From: a virus
Lineage: Duplodnaviria > Caudoviricetes
DNA length: 64,000 nt
IMG/VR virus record: IMGVR_UViG_3300028591_000094
Coordinates: 96,001-160,000 of that record
Reading direction: 5' to 3' (one strand)
This document shows, piece after piece, positions 51,288 through 62,035 of this stretch (within the stretch, counting starts at the first letter, position 1; every line of letters starts with the position of its first letter). Below the pieces are notes generated by a model. That model searched no databases. It saw only the letters and a list, made by a program, of their open reading frames with translations, and was not told the DNA's origin. The position numbers and the translations under genes are program-made.

Positions 51288-54200
51288 TTAAACTTTTGTT
51301 TCGTTGGTTGTCTTGGTGCCTGTATCTGTTATCTGAGCATATGTCGTCATTCCTTTTTCCTGATAGTTCTGTGCTTTGAAAGCATATGATTTGGCTGTAT
51401 CAACTTTGTTATTGCCAGCACCGCCCATCGTCTTCCAGTTGTCACCCTGGTATTCAACCCTATCCGCACGATTGTCGTAGAAACTGGTATTTGCGTAATA
51501 GTTAAACGACATAGCGTTCTGGAGTCTTCTAACAGGACCTGTAATATCACCGCCTCCAATAAACTTGAAGTTAATGTTCACTTTGCACAACATCGGCTGC
51601 ATTCCGTTGCCTTCAGGGTTTAAATCCCATTGCAGTCCATCAGAAACACTATAGTCAAAAGATATTGAGTCAATAACAATCAGTTGATTATAAAAATCAC
51701 CGAGACGTAATACGCAGTACGGAGGTCTACCAAATGCTAAGTTATTGGCTGTCTTGCCACTTAAATCTGACATTGTCTTGGTATTACCCTGTCTGGTACA
51801 CTGTTGCAGGAATGTAAGTCTAGCATTAAACCCTTCTGGTGTCATTGAGTGGAACGCTGGGTTAAAATATTTGATTTTATCCTGCAGTTTATCGAAAATA
51901 AACGGGTTGTCAGCAAAGAACTGACGATAGAAGTGGTATTCCTGGTCATATCTGAGTTTATTCCAGTCTCCTTCACCCTTCTTGGCGTCAAATCTTGGTT
52001 GTATTGGGTCTTTACCTATATTACAGAACTGAATAAGTATACCGTCTCCCCTGTCAACCCAAATATTGTCACATCCCTCGGTTTCGGTTGGGTCAGTATA
52101 ACTATTCTTTTCAATCATTTCTTCCTCACTGACTTCTTTCGTACAAGTGTCACGCACGATACCGTCGGCATGTTTCACTTGTTTTATATTTTCCAATACC
52201 CGATACATTGCAATGTATCTTGCAACCACATCTATGTCGTCATGTCCTGTCAGCCCCTCGTTAACCAATAGATTTAGATATGAATATTCATCTGAAGTTA
52301 GAAACGACGAAGCGTCGATACGACTGTTAACTAAATCCACGAGATTAGTGTTTTCTTCTATACTGTTAATAATGTTTTCAATAGTCTCTGTATTACCATA
52401 TGACCATATTGCACTATACTGACTGTTATAGTTCGGGGTTTGTGGCTCGTAAGTTAATTCACCAACAATATCCTGACGTAATTTATCCTCAGTCCAACAT
52501 AAACTCTTGGCTGCTTGTTTCTGTAAATTAAAGTCTTCCGACATAAATATCAGTGAGTTAATGTCACAATCCGAAGATATATCCCAATCCTCTGCATTAA
52601 ACGGATGTTGTGCAACCGTCTTGTTACTAAAGTCGTTAACAATTACATAATATTTTCCATCGTGACAACACACGTCACCAGCAACCGCTTGACTGACTGA
52701 TGTACTGGTTGAATACATGTAATTACCATCAAACTCACCGTTTCCGTTACAATCGGTTATTATTAAATAATATATTGCACTAGAAATGTCTATGTCCCAA
52801 ATTTGACGTTCAACACCGTTTATATCGGTAATTGCAATATAATAAGACCCTTCATAATAGCACGCATGGTCTGGTGCATAGTTTGTGAATGGCGAAAAAT
52901 CTTCAACGCTGGTTTCGTGCATCCAGTCTGGCGTACTTGGAGGTGCCTGCATTGTAGATGAAACAGCGCACTGATAAAGTTCGTGATTTCTTTCAACCCA
53001 GTCGCCAGTGTGATAAACAGTCATTGAATTATATAAATCAACTTCCATCCAATTATCACTCTCATCTGGTGTCTGAACTTGTGAATAAGCCTCTTCTTCT
53101 GAAATTAATCCTGTGCATATATGCCATTGATTGTCAAAAGCACATAGGTCGTCAATTTCAGCGTCGGCTTTATTGTTGACTATGTTGTAATTTTGATTGA
53201 AATAGTTTCTTAATTCCTCAACAGTTAGCTCATGCCAGTCGTTGTCATCCCAAGTCCAGTTCCAATACCTTTCAAGACATGCAAAGTTTTTATTTGCTGT
53301 ATAATATTCACTATTTTGCAAAACAATGTCGCCGACATCATATTTTGTCCAAAGACCAGGGGTGGTTTGTTGATTATTACTGGTTGAATATGATGCAGTT
53401 TCGCTATATTCCCCCTTATAATTGGGATTATCGCCAACAATTGACGCTCTGGTACCACAATACGGTTCCTGATTGAAAATGCCTATCTTGGTGTCTGTTG
53501 ATGTTGAAGTATCGATTATCTGTTTTTCATTCAGTATTACTTCGTTTTCAACACTTTCACCGTTTTCGTCAGTTTGAGCCTTCTGTTCATAGAACTTTGC
53601 ATCGGCATTTTTTCTATAATACGTCCAATCCGTATTAGCTCCAGATGGCGGGTCGATTTGGGTAAAACCGACATAACCATCAAACTCAGCGTTAGTATGT
53701 TCATGTAATTCGCCTTCAATATCCTGTACAGTCTCGTAAATATATCCATTGTATTTTACGTAAGTATGAGCTGGGTAACTTTCAGTTTTAACATATTCAC
53801 TAACTATAATTGTCTCCCAGAAATCAGTGTCAGTTATATCGTGGAAACCCGTGCAGTCGTCCTCTTCACAATAACCACAATAAAGAATGCCGTCATTCTG
53901 TACATAATCGTCGGCGCTGTATTCTGTCGTGGCTGACCAGAATGGAACCATTTTAAAATATTCCGATGAAGATTGGTCGACATCAGGATTGTTCTGTGTA
54001 CCAGCAATCGTCTTAGACGGACTGAACTTCATAACACACTTGGCGCTTCTGAATAATTTGGCATGTGCGCCGTTTACATCTTTCTTTTCACTCTCAGGAA
54101 CCTGAACGTCGGATTTAAATGTATCGTTTTCATTCAAACTATTCTCAACATTAGCCCATTTCGGGTTAGAGTGAATCCACGATACGATAGTCTGACTTCT

Positions 54201-56555
54201 GTTCTTGGCTAACGGTATGTTTCTAGATTGTTTACCGTGTTGATTCGATACACCGCAGCATTCTATACTTTCAAGTGTTCTATCTTCACTATTGCTGAAC
54301 AAATCGACAAGTTTCTTAACTCGTTCTTTACTTTCGTCGCTTAACTTTTCATATATGTAAGTGTAAACACCGCTCATATCCAGCACATCTGAGCTATACA
54401 TAGCTGCAGCAACCTCGGCAAAAGAGTAAAGGTTATCTGGGTCGTTCGAAAGTTCCCTGATATTATCACTAACCTCTAAATTATATTTGAAAGAACGATT
54501 ATCCCATAAGTTATATGTCTTAATAGTCTGGTTGACAGTGTTAACACCATTGTAGTCACCATTAACAAAACGCGGGGTTTTATCCTGTTGTACATGGTCG
54601 ATACGATAATACCATTTTTTATTTGGTTCTATCTGCCAAGTACCCTGGTTAGTATTTTTACCACCCTGTATAAACTCTTGGTTGTCATCATTAGTTGATA
54701 TTCCCATATCCCCCATTTCATAGCCAATTGCGGTTGGCATGTTTGTCGTGATATCAGTAAGACGTAGCTGACTGTCATGATACCCATCGGTTTTCTGGGC
54801 GTTGCGACCAGCAAGGAGATATGCGATAGCATCGACAGCAGGACCGTCTGGGTTATATCTACCGCTTGGGTTGGCTGGGGTATCCAGCACACCTGAATAG
54901 TTATTCGGGAAGAACATATAAAACTCAACCTTTTCTGGGTTGTTCTCAGGCGGTTGATTGAACACTGGGTCAGGCGGAAGAACCGCATCACGGTTGATGT
55001 TCTGTTCTTCAGTCATTTTCTTTTCCCCGAGAATACCTGGAATTTCTATCTGTTTGTATTCATCGGTCATCGGGGTCGGTTTCTCTATAATATTGTCTTC
55101 ATCCTCGTTAGTTGACTGCCCGTTCTTACCATTACCCATACAACCAGCAAAATAGCGCAAGTAATCAGTTTCGCTGGCGCCAGCACCGTCGTCAACCCCA
55201 CTAATCGCTCTGTTATTATCCCACCAGCTTGAATAATCAATTGACGATGGGTGGTCGGTAAGCATTATAAACGACAGGTTGCCACTTCGTTCAGAGTTGA
55301 CATATGTCCAAACGGGTTCACCTCGTCCAATGAACTCGTTTTGGTTCCATCGGGCGTTAGCAGTTTCGTTTATAGTTAAACCGTATGGTGGAAACCACAT
55401 AATGCGACCGCCAAACGGTCCTCTCTGTTCCCAAGATAATGCTTGTTCAAATGAATATGGGTCATAATCTTTCCATGCAAGGTTTTCAATTGAAAACATA
55501 CAAGACTTGGTGTGAATGTTTCTGCTTCCGCCACCACGATATTTAGGTGTAATGATAGGAAGACCTGTAGGAGGTTCGCCGTTTACCCCGCGTTGTAAAT
55601 CCAAGACGGAATTTTCCAATCTCCTGTTCTGGTTATGCCTTCCTCTCCAAGCATAGTCGTAGTTTTCACCGACACTGTCTTTGTGTTTGGATGGCTCATG
55701 CCCAACATCTCTTTCATCCCACTCAAACGCATTACCCCAGTAGTTGATGCCGCCGCTGTTAGCTCTCATTGTCTTTGAGAACCTATCATACATGTAGTGA
55801 TGTGTCCAAACGCGACAATATGGATTGTCATAACCATTAATATTATAACTACCCTGTCCATTCTCTGCGGACTTTGTTAATAAATTTCGTCCACGGGATT
55901 CGCCATATTCACTCCCGACCTGTCCCTCATAATAAATGTTTGGACTGGTATGGAAATTGGATATAATTGAATTGATTTTATTCTGTCTGTATAGAAGTTG
56001 TGTTTTATACAGGATTGAATTTCTATCAACCAAGCTTCCTGTAAAATGTAAACTTCCGTTGGTTACCGTTGTTCCGCCTGGTGCCTCACCCTCTCCGTTG
56101 AACTCCAATCCGTCGGGAGCGTCAAAGTATCTGTGAGAAACATTGAACAGATTTGGTCTGTTGCTTGTATTTGTATTTGCAAAACTTTGGCGTGTTGTTA
56201 TTTCCCCGTTACTTTCAGCAAAACGGAGATTAGTCATGAAGTCTATGTAGTTATTACCATCAGTGTATGATGGCTTCTGTGGCATGGTTCCGAAATTTTC
56301 AGGGTCACCGTCTATGTAGGCGTTTTCCCCGATGGTGCCTAGTGTTACCTCCTTTTCATGCAGATTACGCAACATATGTGCTTGCATATAGGCATAGTTA
56401 CGCATGTTAAAATTTCTCATGTCGTCTATGCGAATTGTTGTCAAATCTATCATCAAGCCTCTCACCATTGGAGCAAGGGTCAATATCCCGCCGATTGACA
56501 ATGTGCTGGCTATCATGTTGCTAGTCCCGTTCAGTATGTCTTGTAAATCTGCCAT
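51288..56555 (-). CDS. Tail tube initiator/baseplate protein (gp48/gp54-like) with OmpA-like and CBM5/12-like insertions
   Basis: WNQNEFIGRGEPVWTYVNSERSGNLSF and PPYCVLRLGDFY...IDSISFDY...WD..MQPM; follows the tape measure. Confidence 0.7.
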   Translation of the reverse strand: MADLQDILNGTSNMIASTLSIGGILTLAPMVRGLMIDLTTIRIDDMRNFNMRNYAYMQAHMLRNLHEKEVTLGTIGENAYIDGDPENFGTMPQKPSYTDGNNYIDFMTNLRFAESNGEITTRQSFANTNTSNRPNLFNVSHRYFDAPDGLEFNGEGEAPGGTTVTNGSLHFTGSLVDRNSILYKTQLLYRQNKINSIISNFHTSPNIYYEGQVGSEYGESRGRNLLTKSAENGQGSYNINGYDNPYCRVWTHHYMYDRFSKTMRANSGGINYWGNAFEWDERDVGHEPSKHKDSVGENYDYAWRGRHNQNRRLENSVLDLQRGVNGEPPTGLPIITPKYRGGGSRNIHTKSCMFSIENLAWKDYDPYSFEQALSWEQRGPFGGRIMWFPPYGLTINETANARWNQNEFIGRGEPVWTYVNSERSGNLSFIMLTDHPSSIDYSSWWDNNRAISGVDDGAGASETDYLRYFAGCMGNGKNGQSTNEDEDNIIEKPTPMTDEYKQIEIPGILGEKKMTEEQNINRDAVLPPDPVFNQPPENNPEKVEFYMFFPNNYSGVLDTPANPSGRYNPDGPAVDAIAYLLAGRNAQKTDGYHDSQLRLTDITTNMPTAIGYEMGDMGISTNDDNQEFIQGGKNTNQGTWQIEPNKKWYYRIDHVQQDKTPRFVNGDYNGVNTVNQTIKTYNLWDNRSFKYNLEVSDNIRELSNDPDNLYSFAEVAAAMYSSDVLDMSGVYTYIYEKLSDESKERVKKLVDLFSNSEDRTLESIECCGVSNQHGKQSRNIPLAKNRSQTIVSWIHSNPKWANVENSLNENDTFKSDVQVPESEKKDVNGAHAKLFRSAKCVMKFSPSKTIAGTQNNPDVDQSSSEYFKMVPFWSATTEYSADDYVQNDGILYCGYCEEDDCTGFHDITDTDFWETIIVSEYVKTESYPAHTYVKYNGYIYETVQDIEGELHEHTNAEFDGYVGFTQIDPPSGANTDWTYYRKNADAKFYEQKAQTDENGESVENEVILNEKQIIDTSTSTDTKIGIFNQEPYCGTRASIVGDNPNYKGEYSETASYSTSNNQQTTPGLWTKYDVGDIVLQNSEYYTANKNFACLERYWNWTWDDNDWHELTVEELRNYFNQNYNIVNNKADAEIDDLCAFDNQWHICTGLISEEEAYSQVQTPDESDNWMEVDLYNSMTVYHTGDWVERNHELYQCAVSSTMQAPPSTPDWMHETSVEDFSPFTNYAPDHACYYEGSYYIAITDINGVERQIWDIDISSAIYYLIITDCNGNGEFDGNYMYSTSTSVSQAVAGDVCCHDGKYYVIVNDFSNKTVAQHPFNAEDWDISSDCDINSLIFMSEDFNLQKQAAKSLCWTEDKLRQDIVGELTYEPQTPNYNSQYSAIWSYGNTETIENIINSIEENTNLVDLVNSRIDASSFLTSDEYSYLNLLVNEGLTGHDDIDVVARYIAMYRVLENIKQVKHADGIVRDTCTKEVSEEEMIEKNSYTDPTETEGCDNIWVDRGDGILIQFCNIGKDPIQPRFDAKKGEGDWNKLRYDQEYHFYRQFFADNPFIFDKLQDKIKYFNPAFHSMTPEGFNARLTFLQQCTRQGNTKTMSDLSGKTANNLAFGRPPYCVLRLGDFYNQLIVIDSISFDYSVSDGLQWDLNPEGNGMQPMLCKVNINFKFIGGGDITGPVRRLQNAMSFNYYANTSFYDNRADRVEYQGDNWKTMGGAGNNKVDTAKSYAFKAQNYQEKGMTTYAQITDTGTKTTNETKV

Positions 56556-56603
56556 TTATAATGAAACTTAATATATAATATATATATTATCAACTCTGAA
56601 AAA

Positions 56604-59507
56604 TTATACAGCTCCCCAGTTGAATTCGGTTGATGACGCACTTGTTGACAATTCGCTAGTCATTTTTGCTGCCAATTCACTTGCCAGCTGGCGTGCAAAC
56701 AGGTCTTTTGTCTTAATGTCGTCAAGTATATTATATGAACGACCGTTTTCGTTGAGTTTGATTTCCCCAGCAACCTGTATCTTAATATCATTGGAGCCAG
56801 CCTTTCTGACCGAACCATTCTGCTTGACATAGGAACCAATTTCCTTGATTTCCCCGAAGATACCCTTAAATAAAACGTCGATTGGTCCTCCGCTCTTCGC
56901 AAACATAAACTGGTCTTTCGGGTCTGGGTGTATTGTGTAAGGTTGTTGGAAATCACCAATACCATCTTCAGTTTCAGTCACTACGGTCGGTGTATTGGAA
57001 TTAGATTTGGTTCCATTGCCAGGTATGACACTGTCAATTCTTTTGCTTAAGTCGCCAAGTGATTTATCTAATTTAGTAAACGCCGCAGTTGTTGTGTCGA
57101 CCGCACCGCTTAGTCCTGAAAAAGCTGTTGTATTGTCTTTTCCGTCTCCACTAAACCAGCCTTTAGCATTATCCAATAATTTACCGAAAAAATTTTTACT
57201 AGTTTCTTCTAGTTTTTCACCCGTTGCTTTAATATTTTTACTAGTTTCTTCAATTTGGCTAACAGTTTCTTTTATAACTTGATTATAATCAACCGTACCA
57301 ATCACCTTATTCATTACAAAATCATTAAGAGCTTCTACACCTTTTGGAAATTCTACCATTGCTTTGTAGAATGTGTCATTCACACCAACTTTTTGCATAG
57401 CATTCAGGAAGCCTTGCATGATATTATCCAAAAGTCGTTCACCTTCTCCACCAAATACCTGCGCCGACAATTCTAATTGTCTTCTGTTTGCTTCGGTCAT
57501 ATAGTTAGTTGTTTTTCCGTAAGTCTTAACTATATTCCCCATGTTTTTGTTATAGAAACTCCTGTAATCCTCAGTCTGGGTTGAAATTGCCGCCTTGTTT
57601 ATATCTTCGGTTTGCACACCGATTCTTGCAGCAATTGCTTTCTGAACATTCAACATTCTTTCTTCATACCCTAAGGATTTCTGTGCTACCGCCAGCATTG
57701 CTTCTTCGTTATCCTCTGGTAATATGTTTTGAAGCATTTCTGGATGTTCGACAAGCGTCCTCATATCAAGGGTTTTATTGTCTAAAGTTTTTACTTCCCA
57801 TCTGCCTTCTTTTTGGTTATATGTAGCTCTGTTACCAATTGCTCTCTTTGTTTCATCGTCCAGTCCATACCCTTTCAGCTCGCGGTTGATTATACCTTGT
57901 TTGTTATTCTGGCGAATCATGTTCTTAACTTCCTTATCGTCCATACCGAGAGCGGCAGCACGCTGTTTAATCATGTAATTCTCATACCAACTGAACTCTG
58001 TCTCACCAGTTCTTTTGTTGAATGTGCCAGTGAGGTCGTTGAACATGTTAGCCATGCGATGAGCCATATCGCCTACGTCGGCGCCAGCATCATAAAGCAT
58101 GCCGAGAGGGTCGGAATATATTGCAGCCGAACCACCGAGAACCTGAAGTTTGGCTGAAGTTTCTAGAGCGTCGGATAGATTAGCACTTGTTAGTTTGTCG
58201 CTGAACGATGTGGCTGATTGTAGATTAAAACGTGTCTGGTTTGCCCACTGTGTTAACTTCATCATATTTTCCACGCCACCCTTGAAGTTGTATTTCTGAG
58301 CAAGTTGTAAATTGTTAACTAAATCTTTACTGAACTTCGAGGCTGAAAGTCCCATCTTTGTGATTGTATGATACATCCCCTGCATCATATCTCCAGCACT
58401 GTCGATGGATGTGTTAAATACATTCATTCCACCATATAGCTGTGCTGCTTCACCCTGTGACATACCAAACAAACGTTCTGTTCCAGCTATAACTTCCTGT
58501 CCACTCAGACCTAGTAATACATTACGCTCAGATGCGTCGCCGTATTGTCTTTGTGCTTCAATTAAATCAGTAACATTTTTACCAAAAATCTCACCCATAT
58601 GTTCACCCATTGCCATCATAGCAGTGGTATAAGCCTCGCCCTGGTTACCATAATAACCCATCGTTATGGCTAACTTGCGTGAAGCTGTATCAACTTTCAT
58701 CCAAGTTTCCTGTGTAGTTTGAACTAACTGTAACCATGGGTCTAACATTGACTGTGCTTGTTGAAGGAGTTTTTCAGTTATCTCGTTCGCAGCCTGCATT
58801 TGTGAAAGTTGTAACTTTTTCTGTTCAATATCAAGCTGCATTTGTGCATTTAACGCAGTGGCAAATGCACTGGCAGCAGTTTTTGACATTCCAGCCAGGT
58901 TTCCACTAATAAATCCACTTAGTTCACCAGTAATACCCGCCAAAGTTTTATCACCAAACATTGATGCTATACCTGTAATAGCTTCACTACTTAATGAAGC
59001 TGTGGTGTCAGCGACAGTATCAACAACAGCAACGGCAGCTCCAGTAAGACCATTCACTATTGTCGCCATTGTTGTTTTGACACCGATTTGAGCGCTGAGA
59101 TTAGCTGCTTTAATACTATTTTGCATTTTAACGTTTGCTAAAACGTTCTCTTGCATCATTCTAGTATTTTCGAAAGCTAACTGGTTGGCTGTCTTAGTAA
59201 AGCCACCAGTTATTGTCTTCATACTATTACCAATAACTTGTTGTGCATAATCCAGTTCACTGGATAATATGGCTTTACGGCGCTCAAATTCAACCCGATT
59301 AAGTTCAACTATTGTTTTTTCAAACGAATAAACAACGGTGATTATTTTATTTATCACCCCGCTTGCTTTATCATAAAAATTTTCAACCTTAGACTGTACC
59401 ATACTGGCAGCCTGATGTCCGTATTCGCTCGTAGATACGTTCGGGTCGCCTTTTTGTTGAGTTAATATATCCTCTATTTCATTCCAACTATGTGAATTGT
59501 TTGCCAT
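56604..59507 (-). CDS. Tape measure protein
   Basis: 967-aa helical A/M/Q/T-rich ORF between chaperones and tube initiator. Confidence 0.78.
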   Translation of the reverse strand: MANNSHSWNEIEDILTQQKGDPNVSTSEYGHQAASMVQSKVENFYDKASGVINKIITVVYSFEKTIVELNRVEFERRKAILSSELDYAQQVIGNSMKTITGGFTKTANQLAFENTRMMQENVLANVKMQNSIKAANLSAQIGVKTTMATIVNGLTGAAVAVVDTVADTTASLSSEAITGIASMFGDKTLAGITGELSGFISGNLAGMSKTAASAFATALNAQMQLDIEQKKLQLSQMQAANEITEKLLQQAQSMLDPWLQLVQTTQETWMKVDTASRKLAITMGYYGNQGEAYTTAMMAMGEHMGEIFGKNVTDLIEAQRQYGDASERNVLLGLSGQEVIAGTERLFGMSQGEAAQLYGGMNVFNTSIDSAGDMMQGMYHTITKMGLSASKFSKDLVNNLQLAQKYNFKGGVENMMKLTQWANQTRFNLQSATSFSDKLTSANLSDALETSAKLQVLGGSAAIYSDPLGMLYDAGADVGDMAHRMANMFNDLTGTFNKRTGETEFSWYENYMIKQRAAALGMDDKEVKNMIRQNNKQGIINRELKGYGLDDETKRAIGNRATYNQKEGRWEVKTLDNKTLDMRTLVEHPEMLQNILPEDNEEAMLAVAQKSLGYEERMLNVQKAIAARIGVQTEDINKAAISTQTEDYRSFYNKNMGNIVKTYGKTTNYMTEANRRQLELSAQVFGGEGERLLDNIMQGFLNAMQKVGVNDTFYKAMVEFPKGVEALNDFVMNKVIGTVDYNQVIKETVSQIEETSKNIKATGEKLEETSKNFFGKLLDNAKGWFSGDGKDNTTAFSGLSGAVDTTTAAFTKLDKSLGDLSKRIDSVIPGNGTKSNSNTPTVVTETEDGIGDFQQPYTIHPDPKDQFMFAKSGGPIDVLFKGIFGEIKEIGSYVKQNGSVRKAGSNDIKIQVAGEIKLNENGRSYNILDDIKTKDLFARQLASELAAKMTSELSTSASSTEFNWGAV

Positions 59508-59538
59508 AAGCCATTAAAAAATTTTTCTATATATAAAT

Positions 59539-59571
59539 ATAAGGGCGCCAGTTTTTAATGTGCGCCCTTAT
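59539..59571. terminator. Hairpin overlapping the chaperone stop codon
   Basis: ataagggcgc...gcgcccttat 10-bp stem. Confidence 0.55.
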
Positions 59572-59728
59572 ATTGTTCCTTCTCCTCCTGAGCCAGTTTG
59601 TTGTGGAGCTGGATGTACCCGCGTCGGTCTGCTACAGACATATTGTAAATTTCATCCATCGACAAATCCATATATTTGTGAGCTCTCCATATTTCCTCCT
59701 TTAATTGTTTCTCGTAGTCGCTATACAT
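59555..59728 (-). CDS. Tail assembly chaperone, second ORF (gp51 / gpT-like)
   Basis: EEIWRAHKYMDLSMDEIYNMSVADRRGYI; ATG 59728 overlaps the upstream gene end; frame is open further upstream. Confidence 0.72.
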   Translation of the reverse strand: MYSDYEKQLKEEIWRAHKYMDLSMDEIYNMSVADRRGYIQLHNKLAQEEKEQYKGAH

Positions 59729-61352
59729 TAATGAAAAGAGTTTCGCTGAGTCCAAGAAAGGTTTCAAACGAGCCACCTCCCTCTGACTCAGGAATATTTA
59801 CCGTTATTTTGAAATCCATACCAGGAATATTTTCATTAATATATTCACGGTATTTCTTAGCTTCGTTAGCCCTCATGTTTTCAATGTACTGTTTAATAAA
59901 GGCTTGGTCTGTGTTACCGTTGACCGAGACAGTGTTGGCAATCATTCGGTTGGTAACCGCGGTGTTATATAGAGCGTCAGTCTTCACGTTTTCAACGACC
60001 GCTATGTTTTCCGCCCATTCCTGTACGCCTTTCATTGTGTTATAGACGGTTTCAAGTTCCTCTGTGTTGTCACCGTCGGAAATCATAGCCAGGTTGTCGA
60101 GAATCTTGTTGCAATAAACCGTAATGTCGTGTGCATTTGTCTCGTTGTACATCTTCTTGATGTTTTCAACGAGTATCTCCTCCTCACCGTGTGAAAGAAT
60201 CTTGTACTTGATTTTATCCCCGTTGGTGGTTATATAATCAAACAAGCCGTTTTCGTCGCCTTTCAACTTAAACTCCTTGTATTTAAGCTTGGATAAATCA
60301 ACCGACGACTGGAATTGTTTTCCGTTATGGGTTGCAATAATTGGGTAGTCGCTTCCATAAGCCGTAGCGCGGAGCCATACAAGTATAGCATCGCGGTCGC
60401 CGTTACACAAATCTCTTACATGAATACGTTTGTCTAGAATTTTTCTCTCCAATATTATGTCTATCAAACTTCCATTGTTGTAGAGGTTCGGCGATGTGAT
60501 AAGGTTTTCGTCGGCAGCTGTGAGATACGCCACTGGTATTGCCTTCTGCTTGTTTGGATAACATTCACCATTGGACGGAAGTGGGATTACATCATACTGT
60601 ACATAACTTGGAATCTCTCTCGGGTCGAATCCAATGCACTCGTTGAGTTTCTCCTTGTTAAACGAAAGTGTCGGATTGACATCCTCGATGGATGAAATCT
60701 TGTCTGTTGTCTTAATCATCTCTTCCGACATTTTAATCTCAGGTTTTTTCTGAGTTGGGAGTGTAGACTGAGGCTGTGGTTCGGCAATGTGAATCTGCGG
60801 AAGATTATCCTCGTTCTTGCGTTTTTCAAGCAGTTTCTGGAATTCATCGTCAGTCATAGGCTTGCTGTCTGGGGTTGACGCCTCAACGGTAGTACCGCCG
60901 TTTGCCTTGTTTTTATTTAAATTGAAAAGTTTTTCTTTTAACAGTTCCATCTTGGTTTTCGGTTTTTCCTCAACAGCAATCTCGGCTGTGATGCCCATTT
61001 CTTTTGAAATATCCTTTTGATGGATTTGTTCGTCTGTAAGACCGCGCTTAACCAGACGTTGTTTGTATTCTTCGACAACTTGAGGGTCAACCTCATTATA
61101 TTTTGCGCTCTCAATTTCAGTTTGTGATGCCCTAAGATAGCTGCCACCCTTTTCAATATTTTGTCTCTTGGCAAAATCGATATCTCTCAGAAGGTCTTTT
61201 GTTTGGTCACTGTTTTCACCGTAATGTTTTATCACAGTCTCCTTGGCCTCCTCGAGCATTTCATTTGAAGCTCTCAATTGAGCTATCTGTTTTTCGCGCA
61301 CACGTCTTCTCTCTTCCAACTCTCGCTGTTGTTCTTCTTTATTTTTTCCCAT
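59721..61352 (-). CDS. Baseplate hub/tail assembly chaperone (gp26-like) with long charged N-terminal extension
   Basis: VIPLPSNG..Y...YLTAADENLI...GDRDAILVWLRATAYGSDY...INENIPG. Confidence 0.75.
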   Translation of the reverse strand: MGKNKEEQQRELEERRRVREKQIAQLRASNEMLEEAKETVIKHYGENSDQTKDLLRDIDFAKRQNIEKGGSYLRASQTEIESAKYNEVDPQVVEEYKQRLVKRGLTDEQIHQKDISKEMGITAEIAVEEKPKTKMELLKEKLFNLNKNKANGGTTVEASTPDSKPMTDDEFQKLLEKRKNEDNLPQIHIAEPQPQSTLPTQKKPEIKMSEEMIKTTDKISSIEDVNPTLSFNKEKLNECIGFDPREIPSYVQYDVIPLPSNGECYPNKQKAIPVAYLTAADENLITSPNLYNNGSLIDIILERKILDKRIHVRDLCNGDRDAILVWLRATAYGSDYPIIATHNGKQFQSSVDLSKLKYKEFKLKGDENGLFDYITTNGDKIKYKILSHGEEEILVENIKKMYNETNAHDITVYCNKILDNLAMISDGDNTEELETVYNTMKGVQEWAENIAVVENVKTDALYNTAVTNRMIANTVSVNGNTDQAFIKQYIENMRANEAKKYREYINENIPGMDFKITVNIPESEGGGSFETFLGLSETLFINV

Positions 61353-61357
61353 GACTA

Positions 61358-61972
61358 TTATTTGGTTAAGAATATTATTTCCTCCACAAGGAATGCAAAT
61401 GTGTGGTTGTTTACAATGTCAACCATCTTTGTATTTTTAAGCAACGCGCTTGAAGAACTGTCCTTAAACTTCAGTTTCAAGTCGCGTTTGGTGTATCCCG
61501 CCACTCTCTGTTCGTCGGTTAAATCTGGTGCCAGATTGATTTTTCTGGTTTCCCTTTTCCAAGCCTTAATTTCAGGCTCCAGTTCCTCGTTTTTTTCATA
61601 TATCGGCAATTGAAGGTCGATAATGAACATCTCGCCAGTCTGGTAATAGTTGATAAGAGTGTCAATATCCATCTCCCTGTTATTCATATCACGGATAAAC
61701 GCCAACGTTTCCGCCATATACACCCCCTGCTGTTTGAAGTTGGTTTTCTCCTTGGCACCCTCGTTGTTGATTGCCAAGTTTTGACCTAGTCTATGAATGT
61801 TTCTGTTGATTATGGGTTTATACGTCTGGTAAACCGACACCATCTTCTTATTATAGTTAGCCATATTCTGGCGCCATTTTGCATAGTCTTCCACCGCGCC
61901 GATTTCCTCACCGCAGTCGAAATCATGGTCGGGGTCTGAATAATTATACGGTACTAATAATGTTGCTTCCAT
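61358..61972 (-). CDS. Hypothetical protein
   Basis: 204-aa ORF, 5 nt before the next gene. Confidence 0.75.
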   Translation of the reverse strand: MEATLLVPYNYSDPDHDFDCGEEIGAVEDYAKWRQNMANYNKKMVSVYQTYKPIINRNIHRLGQNLAINNEGAKEKTNFKQQGVYMAETLAFIRDMNNREMDIDTLINYYQTGEMFIIDLQLPIYEKNEELEPEIKAWKRETRKINLAPDLTDEQRVAGYTKRDLKLKFKDSSSSALLKNTKMVDIVNNHTFAFLVEEIIFLTK

Positions 61973-62035
61973 TAAATCGTTGATATATAATGTTAATTAA
62001 CTATAATATATATAATCACGTTGAAAATTTCAAAA

